Source: a virus
Taxonomy: Duplodnaviria; Caudoviricetes
DNA: 26,642 nucleotides
Direction: 5' to 3' (one strand)
IMG/VR virus record: IMGVR_UViG_3300030372_004520
Location: 1-26,642 of that record
Both the position numbers and the translations under genes were made by a program. How positions within the stretch are numbered: position 1 is the stretch's first letter; each line of letters opens with the position of its first letter. Under the pieces are notes generated by a model that did not search any database, was not told the DNA's origin, and saw nothing but the letters and a program-made list of their open reading frames with translations. Positions 25,591 to 26,642 of this stretch are shown piece after piece.

Positions 25591-26642
25591 TAGAATGGAT
25601 TTCCTCCTCCTGAAGTCATACTAAATCCCCAAGGGAAGTGATCAAAAGGATCTGTATTAGAATAAAATACTGATTCTGCAGGAACATTACTCATAGAAAC
25701 TTCCCAAATCATAACATTAACCCACATAACATCTATCTGGAACTTAGAAGCGCTTCTTGGTTGTATGAAAAAATTACAAACTCTTAAGTCGGATACCTCT
25801 GTATTTTCTGGAATAAAGCTATTCCAAGGGCCATATTCTGTACTACTATTAAATAATGTTCCAAGGTTATGTAATTTAGAATTTTCATTAGGAGGAGAAC
25901 TTTGATATTTTAATGTATTTACTTGATACCAATCTGTAGCTCTATAAAAAATTGGACCAAATGAAGCTCTCTGAGATTTACTATCCTCTCCGCTTCCATC
26001 TCTATAACCAGTTTCAAAGATAGCAGGCCAAGGGCCTTGGCTAGCATTAGAATTATTACACATTGCTGCTGAAGTTACTTGTAAAAATAGTGCTCTTCCA
26101 GGCGGAACTTTATTATACAATTCTTCAGTTCCAGGATAATATATCTTTTGTCCATTATAATTGTCAAAAATCTTATTTCCTTTTTGTCCTTGCCATGTAG
26201 TATTACTATCTGTTTTACCTGCCCATCCAGGACATTCTGAAACTGCGCCTATAAAGATTGGATATTCAAAACCTGCTCTATTAAATCCATTTTGGTCTAA
26301 TTTAGAGTAATCATATTTATTTGACCCTGCACCATCGTCTGCGTCTTCATTTCTTAATGTATCATGCTTAACTAATATCCCTTGACCTGATGGTGACGAT
26401 GCTTTTTGATCATCCCAAGTCCCTATTAATACATCATCATGATCATTATTGTCTTGATTGGCTATATCTTGACCAATAATTACATCTACATCATTATTGT
26501 CAACTTTAATATCTCCATTTTTTACGTTTATATTAGCATTTTCAATAAGTAAGCTTTGGTTTTCACCATCAAAGATAAATTTGTAATCATTTTTAACTAA
26601 ACTCATCTTTGGATGTTCATGTTGTCCATCATATGTATGACC
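25590..26642 (-). CDS. 3' part of a putative tail/structural protein (5'-truncated by the window edge)
   Basis: Frame stays open upstream of ATG 26606 to the window end (GHTYDGQHEHPK-MSLVK) with no RBS. Rich in G/N/W and beta propensity. The function call is from context only. Confidence 0.6.
   Translation of the reverse strand, partial: GHTYDGQHEHPKMSLVKNDYKFIFDGENQSLLIENANINVKNGDIKVDNNDVDVIIGQDIANQDNNDHDDVLIGTWDDQKASSPSGQGILVKHDTLRNEDADDGAGSNKYDYSKLDQNGFNRAGFEYPIFIGAVSECPGWAGKTDSNTTWQGQKGNKIFDNYNGQKIYYPGTEELYNKVPPGRALFLQVTSAAMCNNSNASQGPWPAIFETGYRDGSGEDSKSQRASFGPIFYRATDWYQVNTLKYQSSPPNENSKLHNLGTLFNSSTEYGPWNSFIPENTEVSDLRVCNFFIQPRSASKFQIDVMWVNVMIWEVSMSNVPAESVFYSNTDPFDHFPWGFSMTSGGGNPF

Noticed and set aside
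1-26642. tRNA genes, CRISPR arrays, integrase/transposase, inteins, stop-codon reassignment
   Set aside because: No cloverleaf, repeat-spacer pattern or recombinase/intein motif was seen by eye. Genes tile densely in the standard code with TAA, TAG and TGA all used as stops.

Overview
AT-rich tailed-phage DNA with two convergent gene blocks that meet at a bidirectional hairpin near 10.3 kb. The + strand block (1-10282) opens with a tightly linked, apparently complete ubiquitin-like conjugation operon: a beta-grasp Ubl ending KSGR, an E2-like protein (HPH-x6-CLG) with a long C-terminal extension, a JAB/MPN metallopeptidase and a ThiF/E1 enzyme with a candidate catalytic Cys. Structured intergenic segments flank the Ubl gene. 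Next come a recombination/replication module (Sak4/AAA_24 ATPase, SSB-like protein, AEP primase-SF4 helicase fusion, Gp157-like protein, HNH nuclease) and small accessory genes. The - strand block holds probable virion/ejection genes: a pilot-like protein with an S74-type domain, two proteins with peptidoglycan-binding domains and Gly/Ala-rich internal proteins. It ends in a 3078-aa two-barrel RNA polymerase (GGADLDGD) of the crAss-like/RNAi-RdRP-related type with an inserted HExxH zincin domain. The most notable observation is the phage-borne Ubl-E2-JAB-E1 system, whose E2 and JAB proteins both carry sliding-clamp-binding-like QG[S/T]LF motifs. All family calls are from motif recognition by eye; no searches were run.
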